Of a stretch of DNA of 38,340 bases, positions 25,680 through 33,499 are shown one piece after another. Within the stretch, counting starts at the first letter, position 1, and each line of letters begins with the position of its first letter. The notes under the pieces are model-generated. The model was not told the origin of the DNA, ran no database searches, and worked only from the letters and a program-made list of their open reading frames with translations. Both the position numbers and the translations under genes were made by a program. Origin of the DNA: an uncultured Thiobacillus sp. (lineage in GTDB: Bacteria > Pseudomonadota > Gammaproteobacteria > Burkholderiales > Thiobacillaceae); assembly GCA_964623355.1 (NCBI GenBank), contig CAZUSF010000001.1, positions 15,188 to 53,527 of the forward strand, read 5' to 3'.

Positions 25680-26672
25680 ATGAATACCGACACCTCCGTC
25701 GATGCCAGCGTCGTCATTGTCTCTTTCAACACCCGCGAGGTGCTGCACGCCTGCCTGACCCAGCTCTACGCGAGCCTTGGCACACGTCGCGTAGAGGTCA
25801 TCGTGGTCGACAACGCTTCCCGCGACGACTCGGCAGGCATGGTGGCCGAGGACTTTCCCGATGTCCGCCTGGTGCGCAGCGCCGTCAACCTCGGCTTTGC
25901 CGCCGCAAACAACGTGGGCTTTCGCCTTGCCCAGGGCCGCTTTGTGGTGCTGCTCAACCCCGATGCGCTGATTGCCGACGGGGCTCTGGGCCTGGCCATC
26001 GACCGCATGGACGTTCATCCGGAGATCGGCATGGCCGGAGCGCGCCTGATCAATCGCGACGGCCACGACGAGCCGTCCGCACGGCTGTTTCCGTCATTGC
26101 TCAACGAGGTGCTGGTGCTCAGCGGCCTGGCCTGGAAGTATCCCAAGTCGCGCATCTTCGGCCGCTTCGACCGCACCTGGGCCGATCCCGCCGAGCCGGC
26201 CCAGGTGGACTGGGTCCCCGGTGCCTTCGCCATCATGCGCCACGAGGCCCTGAAGCAGGTAGGCGAATTCGACGAGCGCTTCTTCCTGTACTACGAGGAA
26301 GTCGACCTCTGCCGGCGCTTCAAGCAGCAGGGCTGGCAGATCTGGTACTGGCCGGACATCGTGGTACGGCACTGGGGCGGGGAGTCGTCGAAGACCGTCG
26401 AGAACGTCGAGTTCACGTCGAAGGGCTCACAGCTCACCCTGTGGCGCATGCGCAGTGGCCTGCTCTACTACCGCAAGCATCACGGCCGCTTGGTTACCGG
26501 GCTGGTGGCGGGCCTGGAATCGGGCTGGCACGGGTTGCGCGCCTTCAAGGCGCGGCTGTCGCCGAAGGCCTCCCCTGTCAAGGCTGAGGAATCGCGGCGC
26601 ATCGCCAGCCTGATGCAGCAGGCCTGGCTGGAAACCGGTGGCGGGCAGGTCAGCCCCCCACGGCCTTGGTAG
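25680..26672 (+). CDS. GT2-family glycosyltransferase (rhamnosyltransferase/WbbL-like)
   Basis: VVIVSFNTREVL...VIVVDNASRDDS...NLGFAAANNVG...LLNPDA...FFLYYEEVDLC. GAGG upstream of the ATG at 25680. Confidence 0.85.
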   Translation: MNTDTSVDASVVIVSFNTREVLHACLTQLYASLGTRRVEVIVVDNASRDDSAGMVAEDFPDVRLVRSAVNLGFAAANNVGFRLAQGRFVVLLNPDALIADGALGLAIDRMDVHPEIGMAGARLINRDGHDEPSARLFPSLLNEVLVLSGLAWKYPKSRIFGRFDRTWADPAEPAQVDWVPGAFAIMRHEALKQVGEFDERFFLYYEEVDLCRRFKQQGWQIWYWPDIVVRHWGGESSKTVENVEFTSKGSQLTLWRMRSGLLYYRKHHGRLVTGLVAGLESGWHGLRAFKARLSPKASPVKAEESRRIASLMQQAWLETGGGQVSPPRPW

Positions 26673-26771
26673 GCGTCACAAAGAGTTTGCAATGTTGTTC
26701 CCGTGCCTTCGCAATCGATGTGCCACCACGGTGTTCAATGAAGACTCCTACAACACCTCTGTGAGCCACTG

Positions 26772-27272
26772 ATGTTCGACGCAATTCGTGAAGACTGGCG
26801 CACCTACGAGGGCGATTTCTCGCGTCAGGGGCTCTGGGTCATGATGGTGTATCGCTTTGGCCAGTGGCGCTACCGCATCCGTCCGCGCCTCCTGCGCAAG
26901 CCTTTCTCGCTGCTCTACAAGCTCATGCGGGTGTTCAGCCACATTCTGACCGGCATCGAGTTGCCCTGTGAGGCGCGTGTCGGGCGCCGCCTGCGCATCG
27001 AACACTTCGGCGGCATCATCGTCAGCGGTGACGCGGTGATCGGTGACGACGTGGTGATTCGCCAAGGCGTCACCATCGGCCTGAAGCGCACCCATGAGCG
27101 GGGCGCGCCGGTGATCGGCAACCGGGTCGACATCGGTGCCGGCGCCAAGCTGCTCGGTGCGATCACGATCGGCGATGACGCCGTCATCGGCGCCAACGCC
27201 GTGGTGATCAAGGACGTACCCGCAGGGGCCCTGGCCGTCGGCATCCCGGCGCGCATCATCCTGCGGCAGTGA
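26772..27272 (+). CDS. Serine-acetyltransferase-family (CysE-like LbH) O-acetyltransferase
   Basis: GIELPCEARVGRRLRIEHFGGIIVSGDAVIGDDVVIRQGVTIG...PVIGNRVDIGAGAKLLGAITIGDDAVIGANAVV. Confidence 0.85.
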   Translation: MFDAIREDWRTYEGDFSRQGLWVMMVYRFGQWRYRIRPRLLRKPFSLLYKLMRVFSHILTGIELPCEARVGRRLRIEHFGGIIVSGDAVIGDDVVIRQGVTIGLKRTHERGAPVIGNRVDIGAGAKLLGAITIGDDAVIGANAVVIKDVPAGALAVGIPARIILRQ

Positions 27273-27279
27273 GGCGCAC

Positions 27280-28080
27280 ATGCTCAGGCTGATATCCAAA
27301 TTCATGGGCAGTGAGGCCACGCCTGTCCGCGTGAGGGTTGGTGGCCCCCATCCTGCTCCGGACATCCTGGAGCAGGACGAACGAAGTCCCTACGAAGTGA
27401 TTTGCCACGGTCCGGTCATCGAGCGACTGCTGCGACGCCTGCTGGAGTCCGGAATTCCCCTCTGGGTGACGCCTCGTGCCCGATGCGAACCATTTGAGTC
27501 CCGTCTGCGCCACTTTGATGTCGAGCGAGGACAACTCCTGATCGCCCAGCGCTGGAATGAGGTCGACCACGAGGCGCTGCTCGAGGATGGCCATGTCAAT
27601 CTGAGTGCCGAACTCGATGGCTCACCAATCTTCTTTACGCTCGACGTGCTGGGAGTGGAACAGCATGCGGGCACCCCGTGCTATCTGTTGGCAATCCCGT
27701 CCTGGGCCTTGCGGATGCAGATGCGCCAGTGCCTGCGCATTCCCCTGACGGCAAGCCCGGTGTCACGCCTTCTCGGCGTGCTGGATGACAGAACCCTGCT
27801 GGAAGCACGCCTGTTCGACATCAGCGAGGGGGGAGTCGGGTTCGTGATGGACGCGACCCTGGCACGGCATATCCAGATCGAAAGCCGGATCGAACAGGTT
27901 GACCTGGAATCTGCCCAAGGAAACCTGCCGGCACTCACTCTGGTGGTGCGCCACATCGACACGTTGCCCAGCGGCATGGTTGTGGTAGGGGCCGCCATCG
28001 TCGCGGCGACCGAGGTGCAACTCAACTCATTGAGGCGGCTGATCCTCTCCCTCCAGAAGACCTTGCTGCGGGTGAACTGA
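27280..28080 (+). CDS. YcgR-like PilZ-domain c-di-GMP receptor (PilZN-like N-domain + PilZ)
   Basis: RxxxR context MRQCLRIPL and D/NxSxxG context LFDISEGGVGF. GAGG RBS. Confidence 0.75.
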   Translation: MLRLISKFMGSEATPVRVRVGGPHPAPDILEQDERSPYEVICHGPVIERLLRRLLESGIPLWVTPRARCEPFESRLRHFDVERGQLLIAQRWNEVDHEALLEDGHVNLSAELDGSPIFFTLDVLGVEQHAGTPCYLLAIPSWALRMQMRQCLRIPLTASPVSRLLGVLDDRTLLEARLFDISEGGVGFVMDATLARHIQIESRIEQVDLESAQGNLPALTLVVRHIDTLPSGMVVVGAAIVAATEVQLNSLRRLILSLQKTLLRVN

Positions 28081-28119
28081 GCCACCCACCGGCCAAGGGG
28101 CTGCGGAGGCCGGAACGGA

Positions 28120-28806
28120 TCAGGCTGATGGGGCGTCCACCCGCTCGATGCGATAGCCGTAGCCATAAACGGGGATGATCTGCCAGCCATTTTCGGGGCC
28201 AATTCCCAGCTTGCGGCGGATGCGGCTGACATGGGTGTCCACGGTGCGGGTGTCCACGTTGGCGTTCAGTCCCCAGAGTTTTTCAAGAAGATGCACCCGT
28301 GACAGGAGCTTTCCCGGATTCTGGAACATGTAACAGGCCAGTTCATATTCCTTCTGGGTGAGTTCGGCTGCCTTGCCCTGCAAGGCGATGCTGCGCAGGT
28401 CCTGATTGATTTCGTATTGCCCGAGCTGGATGACGGGCTGTGCCTTCGTCCTACGCGACAGCGACTCGATGCGAGCGAGAAGTTCCAGATACTTCGGCGG
28501 CTTCACGACATAGTCGTCGGCGCCGGCGCGCAACGCGGTCACCACATCGATCTCGCTGTCGCGGGAGGTGATGAAGATGACCGGCAGTTCCCATCCCAGG
28601 TTGCTGCGGACCCAGCGCAATGCCTCCTCGCCACTGCTCTCGGGCAGCACCCAGTCGATCAGCAGCAGACCAAAGCGGTCTTTTTTCAGGGCTTCGATGA
28701 AGTCATTCACCGAGACGAAGCAGGAACATGCGTGCTGCGCCGAGGAAAACCACAGCTTATAGAGTTCCTGCTGGGCAAGGTCATCTTCAAGAATGCCAAT
28801 GTGCAT
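28120..28806 (-). CDS. Orphan OmpR/PhoB-family response regulator
   Basis: MHIGILEDD...LLLIDWVLPESSG...FITSRD...YVVKP, plus the winged-helix LTQKEYELACYMFQNPGKLLSRVHLLEKLWG...DTRTVDTHVSRIRRKL...GYGYR. No kinase lies adjacent. Real ATG at 28806. Confidence 0.9.
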   Translation of the reverse strand: MHIGILEDDLAQQELYKLWFSSAQHACSCFVSVNDFIEALKKDRFGLLLIDWVLPESSGEEALRWVRSNLGWELPVIFITSRDSEIDVVTALRAGADDYVVKPPKYLELLARIESLSRRTKAQPVIQLGQYEINQDLRSIALQGKAAELTQKEYELACYMFQNPGKLLSRVHLLEKLWGLNANVDTRTVDTHVSRIRRKLGIGPENGWQIIPVYGYGYRIERVDAPSA

Positions 28807-29048
28807 ACAGTCCAACAAATCGGTAACGGAATGTTTCAAGTGACATGATAGTTGCAGCAAAACATTGGCTACGTCAACAGAGTCATTTGTGAGGCCAAGA
28901 GTGCTGGAAAGACTGGGCTTGTGAACTCCCAAGGTCCGTTCGTAGCTGAATACCTGTCGCTCAAATGGCGTAAATCGTATGACCGCAGTGGCCGACCACC
29001 GGCCCGCCATGATGCAAGGATGAAGGTCTCTTCAACGCTCAACACCAG

Positions 29049-29294
29049 TCATTGATCGCGTTGAGCAGTCGAATGCATTCCTATGTTTAGCAAGCCGCGC
29101 TGTTTGGCGATACGGTTCATGCCATGAGCACCGCCAATGGCGACGAACAAGCGGTTCAGTACCTGATTGATTTCCGGCTCATAAGACCTTGCCAACCAGT
29201 GAACCCAGGTCGGTTTCTGTTTGAACACAATCAGTTCATGAGCATGGTCGAGGGGAAAACACAGCCTTTTGATTGCGCACGCTACGACCGCCAT
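29049..29294 (-). CDS. Possible 81-aa ORF or gene fragment downstream of abiEii, function unknown
   Basis: Open frame MAVVACAIKRLCFPLDHAHELIVFKQKPTWVHWLARSYEPEINQVL... overlapping the abiEii 3' end by 13 nt. I recognise no motif and there is no clear RBS. Confidence 0.2.
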   Translation of the reverse strand: MAVVACAIKRLCFPLDHAHELIVFKQKPTWVHWLARSYEPEINQVLNRLFVAIGGAHGMNRIAKQRGLLNIGMHSTAQRDQ

Positions 29295-30187
29295 CCCTCT
29301 CCTGCCCACCAGTCCATGGTCAGCCCGGCCGGGCCGGCAACTGCGTCCAACACCGGCAGCAGAAATTCGCGCAGATCGGCTATCACGATGGCCAGTGGCA
29401 TCGAATGCAGGGCATTCTTGCGAAGAAAGGCCTGCCACTGCTTTCCCTTCTGGTCGTCGTTGATGAACTCATCACTCAAGCCGATCGGCTGACCTTGGGG
29501 AAAAGCGGTACGCCTTCGCTCAAAGGTGGCCATGACTGCGAGCAACAAAACAGAACCATCAAAGTCAGAATGCTTGGCCAGCACCCACAGGTCAAAGAAA
29601 TCCTTCATCCGGCTGTTCAGCATGCCGAGTGATGTCAGTGCTTCCAGTTTTTCCGCAACGACTGTGTAGCGGGGATAGACCCGAAGTTGCGGCGCGGGAA
29701 AGCCGGGCAGAATGATCGGATAAAGCGCATCCTCCGGACCGGGTACGACAGCATCGCCGAACCCGATATCAACCTGCACCGGGCAACGGGCACTATCCAG
29801 CATCCCCATCAGCGTGACCCGGACACCGGCATAGTTGGCTTCCTTCCTGATCTCGGTTGCTTTCACCGACTCTGGCTGAAACAGAATGCCGTCCTCGACC
29901 TCGATGTGGCAGATGCCCTGGAAAAGCTGTTCCAGATGTGGAATCTCGGCCGATCCAAAACCCAGGAAATCGGCGTCGTGGGTGGGACGATGCGGTACGT
30001 CGAACCACAGGTCGAACAGCAGTGCTCCCTTGAGCAGAAATTGGTCACGCTGCTCCGAAACGCTCATACGATAAAGCAACCTTTCCAATGCATACCGAGT
30101 TAGCAGCAGGTTGTAATCCAGCTTTTCGGCCCGAGCCTTGTTGAGGAGCCGATCCCTGATCGACGCCCCGATATTCCGAACGCTCAA
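29282..30187 (-). CDS. abiEii: AbiEii/AbiGii-family nucleotidyltransferase toxin (type IV TA, abortive infection)
   Basis: SIRDRLLNKARAEKLDYNLLLTRYALERLLYRMSVSEQRDQFLLKGALLFDLWFDVPHRPTHDADFLGFG is the DUF1814 N-terminal signature. Confidence 0.9.
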   Translation of the reverse strand: MSVRNIGASIRDRLLNKARAEKLDYNLLLTRYALERLLYRMSVSEQRDQFLLKGALLFDLWFDVPHRPTHDADFLGFGSAEIPHLEQLFQGICHIEVEDGILFQPESVKATEIRKEANYAGVRVTLMGMLDSARCPVQVDIGFGDAVVPGPEDALYPIILPGFPAPQLRVYPRYTVVAEKLEALTSLGMLNSRMKDFFDLWVLAKHSDFDGSVLLLAVMATFERRRTAFPQGQPIGLSDEFINDDQKGKQWQAFLRKNALHSMPLAIVIADLREFLLPVLDAVAGPAGLTMDWWAGEGWRS

Positions 30188-30792
30188 GCCAGGCTCTCCA
30201 GGTATGGTCGCATCACGTTGGCGACGCGGCAGACCTTGGCGTAGCGCCAGATGTCATCGCTGGTCATTCGCTTCCCATGCCAGGCTTCGCGCAGCGCTTC
30301 CAGGGCAACATCTAGACCGATCTTGTTGCGGTACTTGAAGCAGTCAGCAACGGTCTTGGCGACGCCAGTGATGCGAACGGTCACGCCATCCACGACGTGC
30401 GCCTCGACCCCTTCGGTGAACGCTACACCGGAGAAGCGGACGATGCGTAGTGGCGGGTAGTCTAGCTTGGGTGCAATGGCTTTATTCTCGATGGCTAGCC
30501 AAACCTGGAACGGCGCTTGGGTCGTCAGGTTATGGAAACGGAGTGCCGAAAGTAGGCAGACGACCCCCTTGGGCACCCTGCGTGCCACCTCCGCCATCGA
30601 TCCGTGGGCCGATACCTCTCGCCCAGGCAGCCCGTAGAGGCCACGCCCGACACGCTCAAGCTGCCCATGCCGGACAGCGCGGGTCAGTGAAATCCGGGGG
30701 ATTCCCAGTGGGGCCAGATCACACGGGCGGACGAGCCCACTGGATCGCACCAGATTGATCAGCCTCTCGGCGGTAGTGTCCATGTCGACCAT
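30184..30792 (-). CDS. abiEi: AbiEi-family antitoxin / transcriptional autoregulator
   Basis: N-terminal wHTH LVRPCDLAPLGIPRISLTRAVRHGQLERVGRGLYGL. 4-nt overlap with the abiEii start. Confidence 0.9.
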   Translation of the reverse strand: MVDMDTTAERLINLVRSSGLVRPCDLAPLGIPRISLTRAVRHGQLERVGRGLYGLPGREVSAHGSMAEVARRVPKGVVCLLSALRFHNLTTQAPFQVWLAIENKAIAPKLDYPPLRIVRFSGVAFTEGVEAHVVDGVTVRITGVAKTVADCFKYRNKIGLDVALEALREAWHGKRMTSDDIWRYAKVCRVANVMRPYLESLA

Positions 30793-30803
30793 GGTGTTTC
30801 ATA

Positions 30804-30833
30804 AAATAGGTATATGTCAATTAGTACCTATTT
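30804..30833. promoter_or_regulatory. Candidate AbiEi operator: 9-bp perfect inverted repeat
   Basis: AAATAGGTA-N12-TACCTATTT, starting 12 nt upstream of the abiEi start codon in an AT-rich promoter region. Confidence 0.45.
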
Positions 30834-31088
30834 ATCGGAACGGGCGATCTGCATTGGTTTTCACCTTGTCCATGCTCGCAACCCCAAAAATACCGAAACC
30901 GCATGACGGTTTTCTGCAAGCGACTACACAGCCCAGTTGGACATCATAAAAACCGACTCAGATAGGGGAGGGTAATCGCCATTTTTACACACCCCTGCAA
31001 CACCTATTCCTCCTTGAAACCTGTGCTCGGCATCAGTCGAGCCTTTAACCAATGTGTCCGTGGGGACACAATTTCAAGGAGAAGTACC

Positions 31089-31859
31089 ATGGGCATCACC
31101 AACACCGCCAACGAAGTTTCCAGCACTAATGTTCGCTACAGCGCCTTTCTCGGGATGCTGTACGTCAGCAGCACGGAGAACGAGGCCCTTATCAAGGAAG
31201 CCAAAATCCATGCTGGAGGCGAATCGGAAGTCAAGAAGGGCTTCCAGGGCAACAAGGGGGATTCCCCTTCCGCCAAGGCCATCGCCCTCCTTCGCGAGAA
31301 GGGCGTCACACCCTGCAAGGTCTCTGGTGTTTTAACCAGCGCTCGGGTCATTGAGCGGGATGTTGAAGGTCGTAAGACCCCGTACCTGAACGTGTCGCTC
31401 AAGGACGAGGATGGTCGTTATTACATCTCGATTGCCTTGGCCCAGTCTGGCGCCCAAATGCTGGCCCGCAAGATGGTGAACGCTGAACCCGGTGTCGAAA
31501 CCGAGATCATGATGTTCGCTACCTACGGTCAGAAAGAGGGGGCTATGCGTGCGTATGCAAATCACGGAGCTACTGTGCGCCAGCATGGCAAGGAAGTTGT
31601 TTCGCTTGATCCGAAGGGTAGCTTGGTGCCGCAAGTCAACGCGGCGACGAAGGCTCTGAAGGATGCCGGCGTGGACGACAAGGAAACTATCGGCAAGCGT
31701 CGCCAGGCGGTCGAGCTTCAGTTTCATCTTGGTCTGATGACCGAGGTCGAGAAGAAGTTTTCTGACTTCTATGCCACACGGGAGATTCCCGCCAATGGCC
31801 ATGAAGCCGGAACGGACGAGGTTCCGTTCACTGAAGACAGTGACGACATCCCGTTCTGA
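31089..31859 (+). CDS. Protein of unknown family (256 aa) ending in the SSB C-terminal tip motif DDIPF; candidate non-canonical ssDNA-binding / element replication protein
   Basis: AAGGAGA RBS 7 nt before the ATG at 31089. The C-terminus is ...GTDEVPFTEDSDDIPF*. A terminator follows. A 7-bp inverted repeat TGTGTCC-gtgg-GGACACA (31053..31070) precedes the RBS. Confidence 0.7.
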   Translation: MGITNTANEVSSTNVRYSAFLGMLYVSSTENEALIKEAKIHAGGESEVKKGFQGNKGDSPSAKAIALLREKGVTPCKVSGVLTSARVIERDVEGRKTPYLNVSLKDEDGRYYISIALAQSGAQMLARKMVNAEPGVETEIMMFATYGQKEGAMRAYANHGATVRQHGKEVVSLDPKGSLVPQVNAATKALKDAGVDDKETIGKRRQAVELQFHLGLMTEVEKKFSDFYATREIPANGHEAGTDEVPFTEDSDDIPF

Positions 31860-31882
31860 TCCCTGATCCTGTAGTACCCCGA

Positions 31883-31920
31883 CCCCGTCTGGTCTCTGAC
31901 CGGCGGGGTTTTTCTTTGTT
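31883..31920 (+). terminator. Rho-independent terminator of the SSB-tip gene
   Basis: CCCCG..GGTC tct GACC..CGGGG followed by TTTTTCTTTGTT. Confidence 0.6.
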
Positions 31921-31926
31921 GAAAGA

Positions 31927-31953
31927 CCGAAGCCCGCACAAGGCGGGCTTCGG
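31927..31953. terminator. Perfect 11-bp hairpin between convergent genes
   Basis: CCGAAGCCCGC acaag GCGGGCTTCGG. On the minus strand it is followed by TCTTTC. It is a possible terminator for the 32104..33135 transcript, about 150 nt downstream of that stop. Confidence 0.4.
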
Positions 31954-32103
31954 CCTGTCCATCAGGCAGGATTTGGCTTGCGCCACATCCAGGCATCCTC
32001 CAGGACGGGAGGACGTGGGGTTCTCGATGCCTGTTCGAGTCCCTGTCGCGCGGGGGCGGGAAGCCCTGGAGAGTAGCCGCCGCCGCGCCGGCTTGTTCTG
32101 AAT

Positions 32104-33135
32104 CTACTTGCGTTTCTTTTTGACGGTAGCCAACTGCTCGACAAATTCACTTTGCCGCGCCAACTTCTTTTTTGCTTCCTTGACCATGTGCTCATATCGC
32201 AACAGGGCGCTCAGGCGCGGGCGAATCAGTTCATTCTTCCAGCGCGTCACCGTGGGCTTCGATGCGCCTAGCAGGGTGGCAAGCTCCAGGCTATTTTCAT
32301 ACGGCACACCGAGTTCCTTGGCCCAACCAGCCAGTATCTCCGGCATCGATACGCCATCGAATTTCTGATGCGCGGCGCCCAGCGCATTGCCATTGTTACC
32401 CGCCAGATCGCGCGCCGACTTCATCACCCAGTCTGGAATGGTAGAGCGACCGTATTCATAGGATGACAGCCGTGGCATACCGATACCCAGGGCATCGGCA
32501 AACTCGGCCTGAGTCATCTCCAGTTCCATTCGACAATCCACCAGTTCCTGATTGTCAGGCGACAAGACCCGTTGCGACGGCGGCTTCTGCTGGATTACAG
32601 GCAAGCTCGCCTTTTCATTCATAAAGGTGGCCGACTCTCTTACGCAAGGCATCAACATGGTTTGCATGGCCTGCTTCGATCCTTTTTCAGGTTCATTCAT
32701 GACCACATTATATAAACGACGCCTGATTTCCAATATACCAATACGTCTATCCATATCAATCAACACACTATCGTCGGGTGCGATCGGTGTATGTCGATCA
32801 TCCTGATCTGGCGCCCGATCAGCCAAGTCTGAGGGCAGATCAGGAATCAAGTCCGATACGGCAATCTCCCGGACCTTGCCTCGCAACTGGAACGCTGTGT
32901 TTCTGGCGATCACCAAAAGATAGGGCTCCAGTGCCACCCCCGGCTCGTAGTTGTACAGCACCGATTTTTCAAAAATCAGCCAGAGTTCCTGCACGAGGTC
33001 GTTGGCATCCACCCCGCCCACCTTCCACGCAGTCACCTTGGCCAATCGTCTGAGCAATGGGTACACCGTGTCGGCCAGGGCATCTCGCGTGAGCTGGCCG
33101 GCACGAAACTGTAGCAGGGCATCAACCGGGTTCAC
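32104..33135 (-). CDS. Fusion regulator: ECF-sigma region-2-like N-domain + XRE-type HTH + second HTH
   Basis: ANDLVQELWLIFEKSVL...YLLVIARNTAFQLRGK resembles sigma-70 region 2. MTQAEFADALGIGMPRLSSYEYGRSTIP is an HTH_3-like block. LELATLLGASKPTVTRWKN is a second HTH. GTG start at 33135. Confidence 0.65.
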   Translation of the reverse strand: MNPVDALLQFRAGQLTRDALADTVYPLLRRLAKVTAWKVGGVDANDLVQELWLIFEKSVLYNYEPGVALEPYLLVIARNTAFQLRGKVREIAVSDLIPDLPSDLADRAPDQDDRHTPIAPDDSVLIDMDRRIGILEIRRRLYNVVMNEPEKGSKQAMQTMLMPCVRESATFMNEKASLPVIQQKPPSQRVLSPDNQELVDCRMELEMTQAEFADALGIGMPRLSSYEYGRSTIPDWVMKSARDLAGNNGNALGAAHQKFDGVSMPEILAGWAKELGVPYENSLELATLLGASKPTVTRWKNELIRPRLSALLRYEHMVKEAKKKLARQSEFVEQLATVKKKRK

Positions 33136-33166
33136 CGCCAGTCACCGTGGTCGTAGGGCGCCGTTC

Positions 33167-33499
33167 TCAATGTGCTCGGGGAATTCGCTTCGCCGGTGAA
33201 GACCAGGCTGCTTCCTGGATCAAATCTCCCATCTGCGTGAGTTGCTCGCGCAAGAGATTTCGGTAGCCTCCCTCCTGGATGTAGCTGTCCGCCAGCATTG
33301 CCAAGGTGACCAGGCAGATTTCATGCGCATGCACCGGATAACGTGAGATCGCCGATTCGGCGCGTTGCATCAGATCTCCGGGACTTATTTCTGCCCCCCC
33401 CTGTTCACCTTGAATACCCATCGTCTCGGCAGCCACTGCCACGATGTAGGGTATGTCTTCAAATTGTGTGACGTATTCGTCTGGATTGACCTTCTTCAC
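33167..33499 (-). CDS. Hypothetical 110-aa protein, translationally coupled to the upstream HD protein
   Basis: The GTG at 33499 overlaps the upstream TGA (GTGA), with GGAGAA 7 nt upstream. It reads VKKVNPDEYVTQFEDIPYIVAVAAETMGIQGE... I recognise no motif. Confidence 0.5.
   Translation of the reverse strand: MKKVNPDEYVTQFEDIPYIVAVAAETMGIQGEQGGAEISPGDLMQRAESAISRYPVHAHEICLVTLAMLADSYIQEGGYRNLLREQLTQMGDLIQEAAWSSPAKRIPRAH

Noticed and set aside
26687-26707. GGCACG...TTGCA-like string (minus strand), considered as a sigma-54 promoter
   Set aside because: The GG-to-GC spacing is about 16-17 nt instead of the canonical ~11. It also points away from any downstream gene.
29037-29066. 7-bp inverted repeat GCTCAAC-N16-GTTGAGC, considered as the terminator of the abiE operon
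   Set aside because: The stem is short, the loop is large and there is no T-tract. It overlaps the stop of the doubtful 81-aa ORF.
32033-32042. GTTCGAGTCC, a tRNA T-arm-like string that could mark an ICE attachment site at a tRNA 3' end
   Set aside because: The flanking bases do not form a T-stem or acceptor stem on either strand, and no cloverleaf can be built in 31960..32100.
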